DNA of 64,000 nucleotides from Phyllobates terribilis (taxonomy: Eukaryota): positions 485,584,001-485,648,000 of the forward strand of contig NW_027362761.1 of assembly GCF_046119375.1 (NCBI RefSeq), given 5' to 3'. The translations under genes were made by a program, and so were the position numbers. The notes under the pieces were generated by a model. That model had not been told where the DNA came from, ran no database searches, and saw only the letters and a program-made list of their open reading frames with translations. The stretch's first letter is position 1; each line of letters opens with the position of its first letter. Below are positions 26,133 through 40,786 of this stretch, in pieces.

Positions 26133-27458
26133 CTGCCAATAATAACATAATATCATTCAGCTAAAGTCAATACCAGGCTCGAAAAGTTTCCCAAAAATAC
26201 TTTCTCACATAACTACCCACCTGTGACCTGCTCAGTCTGATGGGACTACCTGCATGTGTAATCTGCTTTCTGTTTAACCATTTACCTAGTATTTAGGAAC
26301 ACAACTAAATCTGGAATTCTAAATGATACAGAAACCATATTATAACCCCATAGCGAAACATTATGACCCCCAGCTAGTTGTGAAAAAGCCACCTAGCACT
26401 TTCCAATCATCAGCACCTTTGTGCATTTTTGAAACACAATGCAAAGTTTTGTAAAAACAGATAAAAATATAATGTGTGTGGCTAAGTCTGACCCAAGCAG
26501 AACCCTAAATGGAGAAAAATAGACTTTTTTTTTTCTACATTTTGGATTTTTGCAGGTCAGATTACTTGGCCTACAGATGTCACGTCCCTTTAATGAGAGA
26601 GTGCTGCTGACAGCCATATGAGAGATATGACATCTCCTAGTAATAAAAGTACAAAATGTGCTGTGCCCACACAGGCTACGTATGCCTGACTACATTCACA
26701 TCACCAAATATTCACCAGAACTGGAAAGATCAAAGATCTCCATGATCCAGATGCTGGTGAACATGGGGGTGATCTTCATACTCTTTGGTAGAAACCAAAA
26801 AAATGTCCCCACTAAATGTGACGATTGCAGAGCACACCCCCTCTCTGATTAGTAAGAAGGGGTGATACCATGAGGAAAAGCTCCTGTAACTCCCTCCTGG
26901 AGGCTGTACCCCTGGAGGTGACAGTAGCAGGCTGTGAGATTTCTTACAGAGGTCACTTCCAGCTTTCCATCCAGAATACTGAGTCTGATATCATTTGAAA
27001 GTCAATATTGTAGTTAATAATCTGGATTAATAATATAAAGAACTAAATTAGTCCTAATATTTTAGCAAATGTTTAAATTGATGACATTTTCCATAAGTCC
27101 CTGGCAGTGAAATGATTGCAATATGTGTTCACCCAAGGACACCCCGTTGGAGGTCACATATATAGAGCGACATCACTTGTTTTCCACCAGAGCTGAATCT
27201 GATCAGTTTTCTGCGGATTCCCTTCTAGGGTGCAGAGCTGAATTCACAATTCTGCTGGTAGTCAGGAATAGCTGATCAGCACGGCTTAGCCGAGGTCTTA
27301 TGACACAGAGGGATTGTACGTTTTCTCCTACATCAGATTACTGTTTGGTATAAAGACGGCACTTTCCAACATGGAAATCATTACTAGGGAGAAGACCAGA
27401 AATACCACGTACACTGCGGTTGAATTAGTGAGCTACATGTGCCAGAATTCTGGATTAA

Positions 27459-27841
27459 AGGGAACCTGTCATATTGTACATGCAGTCTGATCTGTGGACA
27501 GGAGGAGAAGCTGAGCAGAATGATATATAGGCTTGTTGGAAAAGATTCAGTGTAACTTGCAATTTATTAATTGCAATTCCTAATATTTATATGCATATGA
27601 GTCCAGTGGGCAGTCCTACTAGTGATTGACAGCACTCTCTGAATGCACAGTTATACAGAAGATACTGTCAATCACTAGTAGGACCACCCACTGGATTCAT
27701 ATGCATATAAATATCAATTAATAAAATGTAAGTGATACTGAATCTTTTTCAACCAAAATGTATAACAATCTGATCAGCTCCTCCTGCTCTATAAGATCTG
27801 GTCTGCAGATCAGATGCGGCTTCCAACATGACATGTTCCCT
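27459..27841. mobile_element. TTAA-flanked palindromic MITE
   Basis: TTAA|AGGGAACCTGTCA...TGACATGTTCCCT|TTAA; related ends at ~53490 and ~61455. Confidence 0.8.
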
Positions 27842-28497
27842 TTAATGTGCATAATAAACAGCCTTACATGCCGGGCACCGCATTTACTATGTGCTTTAAA
27901 CACACTTGACAAGGGAACATGTTCTGTTTGGAAAGTGGGTGGAGGGAGAGCCCTAAATTGTGACCCTCGTGTGCCAAAATTGCCCCACAATCTGGTGTAA
28001 AATAGTGAGCCAAGTAATAGGGGATGTAAACTTACACTGGACATTTAATGATGCGCCAAACTTATCAAATAGCAGGAGGCAGTATGATAAATGTGCCACA
28101 TTAAGACTATCAAGTCCAAGTCTAAGCCGTCTAAAGTTTAGACAGCTTAACAGGTTTTTGTAGCATTTTTACACTTGGTGGAATTTCCTCTAAGCTCAGC
28201 ATGTTTTGGATACATTGTTTTGTCAAAGGATTTTCTACAAAACTTCAAAAAGAAAGAAAACAAAACACATCGGGGCCGATACATCAAATGGTCACTTTGA
28301 CTAGCAGCAAACATTTTGCACAAAGTTGAGTTGTGGAAAATATTTGCACACCACCGACAAACAAATCACCAATCTCGATGAATCGGAATCATACAGTATG
28401 AACAAAAATGATAAGAAATTTAAATGCTCAAAGACAAGCGTGTGTGAACACCATACGGCCACGTATCCCTACATCCTGACATCGCTCAGATACTCAC

Positions 28498-28564
28498 CTA
28501 GAAGAATTTTCACACATTTCACGTGATTGCCATGGACAGCATATAACAAGGGCGTTCCTCCATT
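28498..28564 (-). CDS. ANKRA2: ANKRA2 exon 7 ([22 protein letters not shown])
   Basis: AG/GT boundaries, 67 nt. Confidence 0.97.
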
Positions 28565-28655
28565 CTGTAAAGAAGGTGTCATGGGGTAGACATAGTAAAT
28601 CTGCGTGCTCATCTCACTACATGCATTTTATGATATTTTCATGTGCTGATCTTAC

Positions 28656-28781
28656 CCAGTCGTACTCGTTCACATCCACTCCACACTCCACCAGCATTTT
28701 CACAATATCTGTGTAGCCTTTGCTACATGCCAGGGACAGAGCACTTTCGCGACCTTTCCCGAGGACTTGAGGATCCGCACC
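28656..28781 (-). CDS. ANKRA2: ANKRA2 exon 6 (GADPQVLGKGRESALSLACSKGYTDIVKMLVECGVDVNEYDW)
   Basis: AG/GT boundaries, 126 nt. Confidence 0.97.
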
Positions 28782-28876
28782 CTAAACAAAGGATAGAGAT
28801 CAGAGTATAAATATATTTTCAGAGCCTTTTGTATTCAATATGTGCAAATTATTTTAAAGCTCTTTCAATTTCTTAC

Positions 28877-28974
28877 ATTCTGAAGTAGAAACTCCACAAC
28901 GGCGATCTGTCCGTGAGCTGCGGCCCACATTAGCGGTGTGAATCCTTCTTCGTCTGTCAGGTTGATCACGTTTT
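28877..28974 (-). CDS. ANKRA2: ANKRA2 exon 5 (ENVINLTDEEGFTPLMWAAAHGQIAVVEFLLQN)
   Basis: AG/GT boundaries, 98 nt. Confidence 0.97.
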
Positions 28975-29086
28975 CTGGTAGGAGGTTAAAGACAATTTTT
29001 TTCTTTAGCACACATCATAGGTGATAAGTGCCAGCTCAGTGAGAGTTCAACCGAAACTCGGCTCCCACCTATCCTAGCCCTGAACA

Positions 29087-31417
29087 ATCCTCAGCACCCC
29101 CCCACCACCACGATCCTCAGCTCCCCCCCCACCACCACGCTCCTCAGCTCCCCCCACACCACGCCCCTCAGCCCGCCCCCCCCACCACCACGCTCCTCAG
29201 CCCCCCCACACCACGCCCCTCAGCTCCCCCCCCCCCCACACCACGCCCCTCAGCTCCCCCCCCACACCACGCTCCTCAGCTCCCCCCCCACACCACGCTC
29301 CTCAGCTCCCCCCCCCACACCACGCTCCTCAGCTCCCCCCCCCCACACCACGCTCCTCAGCTCCCCCCCCCCACACCACGCTCCTCAGCTCCCCCCCCCC
29401 ACACCACGCTCCTCAGCTCCCCCCCCCCACACCACGATCCTCAGCTCCCCCCCCCACCACGATCCTCAGCTCCCCCCCACACACACACACACACACACAC
29501 ACCACGATCCTCAGCTCCCCCCCCACACACACCACGATCCTCAGCCACCCCCCCCCCACACACACCACGATCCTCAGCTCCCCCCCACACACCACGATCC
29601 TCAGCTCCCCCCCACACACACCACGATCCTCAGCTCCCCGCCACACACACACCACGATCCTCAGCTCCCCGCCACACACACCACGATCCTCAGCTCCCCG
29701 CCACACACACCACGATCCTCAGCCACCCCCCCCACACACACCACGATCCTCAGCCCCCCCCCCCCACACACACACCACGATCCTCAGCTCCCCCCCACAC
29801 ACCACGATCCTCAGCTCCCCCCCACACACACCACGATCCTCAGCTCCCCCCCACACACACCACGATCCTCAGCTCCCCCCCACACACACACCACGATCCT
29901 CAGCTCCCCCCCACACACACACCACGATCCTCAGCTCCCCCCCACACACACACCACGATCCTCAGCTCCCCCCCACACACACACCACGATCCTCAGCTCC
30001 CCCCCACACACACACCACGATCCTCAGCTCCCCCCCACACACACACACCACGATCCTCAGCTCCCCCCCACACACACACACCACGATCCTCAGCTCCCCC
30101 CCACACACACCACGATCCTCAGCTCCCCCCCCACCACGATCCTCAGCTCCCCCCCACACACACACACACACACACACACACCACGATCCTCAGCTCCCCC
30201 CCCACACACACCACGATCCTCAGCCACCCCCCCCCCCACACACACCACGATCCTCAGCTCCCCCCCACACACCACGATCCTCAGCTCCCCCCCACACACA
30301 CCACGATCCTCAGCTCCCCGCCACACACACCACGATCCTCAGCTCCCCGCCACACACACCACGATCCTCAGCTCCCCGCCACACACACCACGATCCTCAG
30401 CCACCCCCCCCACACACACCACGATCCTCAGCCCCCCCCCCCACACACACACCACGATCCTCAGCTCCCCCCCACACACCACGATCCTCAGCTCCCCCCC
30501 ACACACACCACGATCCTCAGCTCCCCCCCACACACACCACGATCCTCAGCTCCCCCCCACACACACACCACGATCCTCAGCTCCCCCCCACACACACACC
30601 ACGATCCTCAGCTCCCCCCCACACACACACCACGATCCTCAGCTCCCCCCCACACACACACCACGATCCTCAGCTCCCCCCCACACACACACCACGATCC
30701 TCAGCTCCCCCCCACACACACACCACGATCCTCAGCTCCCCCCCACACACACACACCACGATCCTCAGCTCCCCCCCACACACACACACCACGATCCTCA
30801 GCTCCCCCCCACACACACCACGATCCTCAGCTCCCCCCCACACACACCACGATCCTCAGCTCCCCCCCACACACACCACGATCCTCAGCTCCCCCCCACA
30901 CACACACCACGATCCTCAGCTCCCCCCCACACACACACCACGATCCTCAGCTCCCCCCCACACACACACCACGATCCTCAGCTCCCCCCCACACACACAC
31001 CACGATCCTCAGCTCCCCCCCACACACACACCACGATCCTCAGCTCCCCCCCACACACACACCACGATCCTCAGCTCCCCCCCACACACACACACCACGA
31101 TCCTCAGCTCCCCCCCACACACACACACCACGATCCTCAGCTCCCCCCCACACACACCACGATCCTCAGCCACCCCCCCCACACACACCACGATCCTCAG
31201 CTCCCCCCCACACACACCACGATCCTCAGCCACCCCCCCCACACACACCACGATCCTCAGCCACCCCCCCACACACACACACACCACGATCCTCAGCCCC
31301 CCCCCCCACGATCCTCAGCCCCCCCCCACGATCCTCAGCCCCCCCCCCACACACACACACACCACGATCCTCAGCCACCCCCCCCCCACACACACACCAC
31401 GATCCTCAGCCCCCCCC

Positions 31418-31477
<60 letters not shown>

Positions 31478-31520
31478 ACGATCCACAGCTCCCCCCCACA
31501 CCACAATCCTCAGCCCCCTT
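29087..31520. repeat. ~2.4-kb minisatellite, unit ~CCACGATCCTCAGCT(C)7(AC)n of about 23-40 bp, roughly 80 copies, with an embedded (CA)n at ~31401-31474
   Basis: Direct tandem repetition in ANKRA2 intron 4. Confidence 0.98.
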
Positions 31521-32071
31521 CCCCCATCAGTCCTGACACTGCACCATTCCATGTCTATAGGAACTGACAGAACAGGCTAGAAATGTACTAAACCACTTCT
31601 GTCTACCACAGGCATCAGTTTTCTCAACAACATAAATGGTTAAAGTTGCAAAGTGCTTGTAAAAACAAGCAAATTTGCAATTTACTTGTTGCAAAATATC
31701 CTCTCCATTCTCAATGAAGGATTTTTTATTTTGTTTACCGGTTACCAGTCTTCTAGGCAAGGAGCACAGCGTTGACAATCTCTTTTCTATAGAGCTTGTA
31801 AGAGCCACTCTGAAGCATGCCAGGATCGCTGATGGTGCCGAGAGAAAGCTGCCTCTGCTTACACAGTCGGCTCTCAATGTCAAACAATCAGGAGTACACT
31901 CTCCTCCACACCACTGGAAGCCAGGAGGCTGGGGAGTGGTGTGCTCCTACAGATAATGAGTATGATCCTTTAACTCCCCCTAGCCATTGTCTTGCAGCTG
32001 GAGGTAAATGGAAGACCCGGTTCCCCAACTTTCAGTTTTTGCGGTGGCCAGTAAGGAGTTTTATGCTTTAC

Positions 32072-32137
32072 CCTGTTCAAGACGACTTGCCAGATACACC
32101 ATCTCCCCCTGAGCAGCCAACTGGTGAACAGACAGAG
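32072..32137 (-). CDS. ANKRA2: ANKRA2 exon 4 (SLSVHQLAAQGEMVYLASRLEQ)
   Basis: AG/GT boundaries, 66 nt. Confidence 0.97.
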
Positions 32138-32321
32138 CTGTGCAAGAGACAAAAACTGAGTTTATAGCATAAGAAACATGTGATAATTATATTTGTAGAC
32201 GGATCATCTTCAAGTTTAAATGGACAATAGCTTCCTATTAGTAATAATGCATATCCTGAAATAGCAGGTCCATCTGCAAAGTGATACCCCCAGCAGAGGA
32301 GATGACGAGCAGAGTACTTAC

Positions 32322-32480
32322 AATTCACCAGCAGGGGCGTAGTGGACACCTCGTTGCCTCGGTGCTTGTTCGTCAGTGTGGTGGACTGCTTGATGGGAGA
32401 GAAATGTTTGGTGGTTGATGGGGTGTACACATGTCTGACCTGTATACCGGGAGACGGCGAGGTGTGGATATTGCATTCAG
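32322..32480 (-). CDS. ANKRA2: ANKRA2 exon 3 (AECNIHTSPSPGIQVRHVYTPSTTKHFSPIKQSTTLTNKHRGNEVSTTPLLVN)
   Basis: AG/GT boundaries, 159 nt; near-identical to the recalled human ANKRA2 sequence. Confidence 0.97.
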
Positions 32481-33482
32481 CTGGAAAGTAAAGGAAAAGT
32501 CATTATTAAAAAAATCCTGTGTGATAAGATAATAAGACGACTGGAGTAATTGTTAGGATATTACAACAGTGTTAAAGGATATGCAACATCAGAAAAAGAC
32601 CTATTGTGTAGATCAGGTTTTTTTGTTAAATGATTTTTTTTTTATATATTACAATCTGCATTATAAAATAAAATTGCAATCTTACAATTTTAACACTAGC
32701 CACTGGGGCTGTTTTCGACTCGTATATCCTGTCCTCTCAGAAAGAGTTTTCAGCAGCCTCATTATCATGACAGACAAATTTGTAATTAACAAATAAAGTT
32801 GCACTCAAGTTGCTATAGCATGCAAACATGAAATTGGAATTGCATTACTGCTCTACAAAACAGGAAAAAACGAAGATACTTAGTGTATAAATTGACCAAT
32901 TAATGCATGCCCAGCAGCAACGACAAGGCGATCCTCTTTGCTGGGAACTTAATCTAGCCCTCTAATGACAATGACAATTTTTGTGCCTTTGTTTTTCCCT
33001 CCATTGTTCTAAAAGCTGTAATCTTTTTATTTTTCCGTTGACATAGCCAAATAAAAGCTCACTTTTTGCGGTCCGAGTTTCAGTGTTGAATGACATTCGT
33101 TTTATTGGATAATGGCATGAAAAACGTCAAAAAATGTAATTATGCCTTTGTTTTTTGGATTTTGATTTTATTGAGTTCATGGTGTACAAAAAAATAATCA
33201 GGCACATGATTCCCCAGGTCAGTAGGATTACAGCGATGCTAAATGTGCAAGGGGTTTATTTTTAGATTTTGGTGGTCAAAATAAAAATATTTTTCAATTT
33301 CTGCCTATGGAGCTATGTGATGGCTTGTTTTATGTGTGCAGAGCTGATGTTCGTATTGATTCCAATTTGGGGTACATCTGACATACGATTTCCTTTTATT
33401 GTATTTTCAGACAATTGTGGTGACCAAAAAAAATGGCAATTCTAGTGTTCAGATTTTATTTTGAAATAACGCTCTTTTTTAC

Positions 33483-33515
<33 letters not shown>

Positions 33516-33534
33516 CATATACACACACATACAT

Positions 33535-35144
33535 ACCAAAAGTTTGGACACACCTTCTCATTTATAGATTTTTCTGTATTTTCATGACTATGAAAATTGT
33601 TCATTCACACTGAAGGCATCAAAACTATGAATTAGCACATGTGGAATTATATACTTAACAAAAAAGTGTGAAACAACTGAAAATATGTCTCATATTCTAG
33701 GTTCTTCAAAGTAGCCACCTTTTGCTTTGATGACTGCTTTGCACACTCTTGGCATTCTCTTGATGAGCTTCAAGAGGTAGTCACCGGAAATGGTTTTCAC
33801 TTCACAGGTGTGCCCTGTCAGGTTTAATAAGGGGGATTTCTTGCCTTATAAATGGGGCTGGGACCATCAGTTGTGTTGTGCAGAAGTCAGGTGGATACAC
33901 AGCTGATAGTCCTACTGAATAGACTGTTAGAATTTGTATTATGGCAAGAAAAAAGCAGCTAAGTAAAGAAAAACGAGTGGCCATCATTACTTTAAGAAAT
34001 GAAGGTCAGTCAGTCCGAAAAATTGGGCAAACTTTGAAAGTGTCCCCAAGTGCAGTTGCAAAAACCATCAAGCGCTACAAAGAAACTGGCTCACATGAGG
34101 ACCGCCCCAGGAAAGGAAGACCAAGAGTCACCTCTGCTTCTGAGGATAAGTTTATCCGAGTCACCAGCCTCAGAAATCGCAGGTTAACAGCAGCTCAGAT
34201 TAGAGACCAGGTCAATGTCACACAGAGTTCTAGCAGCAGACACATCTCTACAACAACTGTTAAGAGGAGACTTTGTGCAGCAGGCCTTCATGGTAAAATA
34301 GCTGCTAGGAAACCACTGCTAAGGACAGGCAACAAGCAGACGAGACTTGTTTGGGCTAAAGAACACAAGGAATGGACATTAGACCAGTGGAAATCTGTGC
34401 TTTGGTCTGATGAGTCCAAATTTGAGATCTTTGGTTCCAACCACCGTGTCTTTGTGCGACGCAGAAAAGGTGAACGGAAGGACTCTACATGCCTGGTTCC
34501 CACCGTGAAGCATGGAGGAGAAGGTGTGATGGTGTGGGGGTGCTTTGCTGGTGACACTGTTGGGGATTTATTCAAAATTGAAGGCATACTGAACCAGCAT
34601 GGCTACCACAGCATCTTGCAGCGGCATGCTATTCCATCTGGTTTGCGTTTAGTTGGACCATCATTTATTTTTCAACAGGACAATGACCCCAAACACACCT
34701 CCAGGCTGTGTAAGGGCTATTTGACCAAGAGGGAGAGTGATGGGGTGCTACGCCAGATGACCTGGCCTCCACAGTCACCAGACTTGAACCCAATCGAGAT
34801 GGTTTGGGGTGAGCTGGACCGCAGAGTGAAGGCAAAAGGGCCAACAAGTGCCAAGCATCTCTGGGAACTCCTTCAAGATTGTTGGAAGACCATTTCTGGT
34901 GACTACCTCCTGAAGCTCATCAAGAGAATGCCAAGAGTGTGCAAAGCAGTCATCAAAGCAAAAGGTGGATACTTTGAAGAACCCAGAATATAAGACATAT
35001 TTTCAGCTGTTTCACACTTTTTTGTTAAGTATATAATTCCACGTGTGTTAATTCATAGTTTTGATGCCTTCAGTGTGAATGTACAATTTTCATAGTCATG
35101 AAAAATCTTTAAATGAGGTGTGTCCAAACTTTTGGTCTGTACTG
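33535..35144 (+). mobile_element. Tc1 DD38E (Intruder-type) copy 2; left TIR lacks its terminal ~8 bp
   Basis: Begins ACCAAAAGTTTGG directly after a TA/CA microsatellite; right end ...GGTCTGTACTG|TA. Confidence 0.95.
33941..34993 (+). CDS. Intact DD38E transposase, 350 aa
   Basis: WSDESK, then QQD followed by 38 residues to the E of NPIE; no stops. Confidence 0.95.
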   Translation: MARKKQLSKEKRVAIITLRNEGQSVRKIGQTLKVSPSAVAKTIKRYKETGSHEDRPRKGRPRVTSASEDKFIRVTSLRNRRLTAAQIRDQVNVTQSSSSRHISTTTVKRRLCAAGLHGKIAARKPLLRTGNKQTRLVWAKEHKEWTLDQWKSVLWSDESKFEIFGSNHRVFVRRRKGERKDSTCLVPTVKHGGEGVMVWGCFAGDTVGDLFKIEGILNQHGYHSILQRHAIPSGLRLVGPSFIFQQDNDPKHTSRLCKGYLTKRESDGVLRQMTWPPQSPDLNPIEMVWGELDRRVKAKGPTSAKHLWELLQDCWKTISGDYLLKLIKRMPRVCKAVIKAKGGYFEEPRI

Positions 35145-35229
<85 letters not shown>

Positions 35230-36272
35230 GAGTGATCTATTTCTGTTAATGATTGTGGCTTACAGCCAATGAAAACACAAAAGTCATTATCTCAGTCAAT
35301 TAAAATAATTAACAAAAAACACAAAGGCTTCCTAAGCGTTTACAAAGGTCCCTTAGTCTGTTTCAGTAGGCTCCACAATCATGGGAAAGATTGCTGACTT
35401 GACAGATGTCCAGAAGGCAGTCATTGACACACTTCACAAGGTCCCAGAGTTCCAATTATTTTCATTTGGAAATCAAGGTCCCAGAGTCTGGAGGAAGAGT
35501 GGAGAGGACACAATCCAAGCTGCTTGAGGTCTAGTGTGAAGTTTCCACAATCAGTAATGGTTTGGGGAGCCATGTCATCTGCTGGTGTAGGTCCACTGTG
35601 TTTTATTAATACCAAAGTCAGAAAAGCCGTCTACCAAGAAATTTTAGAGCACTTCATGCTTCCCTCTGCCGACAAGCTTTTTGGAGATGGAAATGTCATT
35701 CTCCAGCAGGACTTGGCACCTGTCCACACTGCCAAAAGTACCAATTCCTGGTGTAAAAACAGTATCGCTGTGCTTGATTGGACAGCAAACTCGCCTGACC
35801 TTAACCCCATAGATTCTGTGTATTGTCAAGAGGAAGATGAGAGACACCAGACCCAACAATGCAGGCGAGCTGAAGGCTGCTATCATAGCAACCTGGGCTT
35901 CCATAACACCTCAGCAGCGCCACAGGCTGATCGCCTCCATGCCACGCTGCATTGATGCAGTAATTGATGCAAAAGGAGCCCCGACCAAGTATTGAGTTCA
36001 TTTACTGAACATACATTTCAGTAGGCCAATATTTCGGATTTTAAAAACATTTTTCAAGCTGATGTTATAACGTATTCTAATTTACTGAGATAATGACTTT
36101 TGTGTTTTCATTGGCTGTAAACCATAATCATAAACATTAACAGAAATAAACACTTGAAATAGATCACTCTGTTTATAATGACTCTATATAATATATGAGT
36201 TTCACTTTTTGTACTGAAGAACCAAAATAAATTTACTTTTTGCTGACATTCTAATTTTGTTTGATGCACCTG
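35230..36272 (+). mobile_element. Truncated degenerate Tc1
   Basis: KFPQSVMVWGAMSSAGVGPLCF...QQDLAP...SPDLNPI remnant; right end GATGCACCTG|TA. Confidence 0.8.
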
Positions 36273-36658
36273 TATATATTTATATACAGCTATTTATATA
36301 TAGCTCATGGAGTGTATAAGGGTGTTTGGAGAAGGCTTTAGTACACAGCCAGCATATGTCTGTAACAGCAGCGATCAGCACTAGCCTTTTAAATATTGCT
36401 GTCAGTGATTGACAGCGACATTTAAATAGCATAATCACTGGTGCACATGCTTATCAAGACCCACTGGCCCCCCATGACGTGATTATGGGGGATCAATAGG
36501 TTACCATGGCAGTAAGGGGCCTCCTAAAGCCCCCAAATCATTGCTATCTTGGTACTCCTTTGAAGCTCAGCCTGTAGTTGAGGAGACTGCGATTTATATT
36601 ATATACTGCGGTATATAGTATAAATGATTAAATAATTGCAGGTTAAAGTCCTCTAGGG

Positions 36659-36844
36659 CAGGGTTCCCCAACTCCAGTCCTCAAGGCCCACCAACAGGTC
36701 ATGTTTTCAGGATTTCCTTAGTATTGCACAGGTGATAATTCCATCATCAGCACAGGCAATAGTTACATCACCTGTGCAATACTAAGGAAATCCTGAAAAC
36801 ATGACCTGTTGGTGGGCCTTGAGGACTGGAGTTGGGGAACCCTG
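36659..36844. mobile_element. 186-bp hAT-type MITE with 78-bp perfect inverted arms and 8-bp TSD CTCTAGGG
   Basis: CTCTAGGG|CAGGGTTCCCC...GGGGAACCCTG|CTCTAGGG; a degenerate relative lies at ~8010-8140. Confidence 0.93.
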
Positions 36845-37783
36845 CTCTAGGGGGACTAAAAAATAAAGTAAAAAATAAAAAGTGTTATAAAAAAAAAAAC
36901 ACACATTAAAACATAAGACTAAAAGTTTAAATCACCAAATAATACATATCTTTGCAGCTATAAAAGTATATTCTATCAAGATATAAAATTATTTAAAACA
37001 TACAGAGAAAGATGAAAACCACCCCCCAAAAATGCAATAAAAAGTGATCTATGTCTTATGTAGCCCACAATGGTATCAATGAAAACAACAGCTCGGCACA
37101 CGAAAAAAAAACCTCCCGAAGCTCCACTGAGGAAAAAGTAAAGAAAAGTTACAAGTCTCAGAAAATAGTGACATGAAAAAAATATTTTTTTCTTTACAAA
37201 TTTCAGATTTTTTTTTCACTAAAATATAAAAAAAAATAATAACTATACAACTTTGGTATTGCCATAACTGTCCTGGAGAATCATGTCGCCAAGTCATTTT
37301 TACTGCCCACTGAACGCCGTAAAAACAGAAACCCTATAAACAATAGAATTGCAATGTCATCACAATTTCACTCCACTTGGAATTTTATTCCCATTTTTCA
37401 GTACATTAAATGGTACAATGAATGGTGTCATTCAAAGCTACATCTCATCCCGCAAAAAACAAGCCCTCATACGGCTTTAATCGATGAAAAAAAATAAAAA
37501 AGTTACGGCCCTTAGAGGAACGGGAGGAAAAAATGAAAGCATAGAAATGAAAAATCGGCCGCTCTCGAAGGGGTCACTGAGAGAAGCCTTCAGAGATGTC
37601 AGCAGGGTGGGTTTTCTACTTATATCGAGGAGATGATAGCAGGTGTCACAGCCATCAGCCCAGTGTAACCACCACATTTCCGGCCATCTCCTGTCTCCTT
37701 GTCCTTCTGCTTCCTCAGCTTGAACATCACACATGTACATTTTTTACTTTGGAGAAACCACATAGATGCAGGTGATCACCCAC

Positions 37784-38069
37784 CTTTAAATAGGACGGAG
37801 GCTACTTCCAGGTCAGAGTTTACTTGATCTTGGATATTCTTACTGTCTTCTTCGTTCAAGGACTTGACGAAGCGAGAACAGACATTCATGTCAAATCTAT
37901 TTGGTAAAATGAATTTCATTCCCATGGCTACGTTCTGAGCGCTCCCCTCTTCTGGGTTGGCCTCCATCACATGCTCCACTTTTATGTCAGGCATGCCGGA
38001 CAGACAGAAGCTCACACACTCTTCACCCGACAGCTCAGCCGAGCCCTCCAGACTATTCATGGAGGACAT
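37784..38069 (-). CDS. ANKRA2: ANKRA2 first coding segment (exon 2 = 37784-38137)
   Basis: MSSMNSLEG...MPDIKVEH...AMGMKFILPNRFDMNVCSRFVKSLNEEDSKNIQDQVNSDLEVASVLFK; acceptor ttttctttttccttaattatag, donor GTGGGT; total CDS 939 nt. Confidence 0.97.
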
Positions 38070-38427
38070 TGTTCATAAGCTACTCATTTACAGTCTCTGA
38101 GGTTAATTCTGCCTCTTCAGATTGGGCACAACAGGATCTATAATTAAGGAAAAAGAAAACATTGAAGTGATAAAGACACAATGCTTCAAGTGACAGTCCA
38201 GGAATGGACCATGACTGACCTATCCATAGGAGAAGTCATCAATATGAGGCTGGTGAGGATCCGACACCCGGCACCTTCACCAATTAGCTGAAAACCACTA
38301 CTAATGCTACAAAGCTCCCATTGAAGTGAATGGACTGCAGTACTGGGCAGGGTCACTAATATCCAGCCGCTGCCCGAGTGAATTTCAATTGATGGGTGGT
38401 GTGCAGTCCAAAATGAGACACCTCCAC

Positions 38428-40786
<2,359 letters not shown>

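Noticed and set aside
29413-31506. Several minus-strand ORFs (GGELRIVVCV repeats), and the CRISPR-like look of the array
   Set aside because: Translations of the minisatellite. The spacers are just C and CA runs, not unique sequences; there are no cas genes and the context is eukaryotic.
34288-34847. Antisense ORFs recurring in all three DD38E copies
   Set aside because: Shared only because the copies are near-identical; these are reverse-frame shadows of the transposase.
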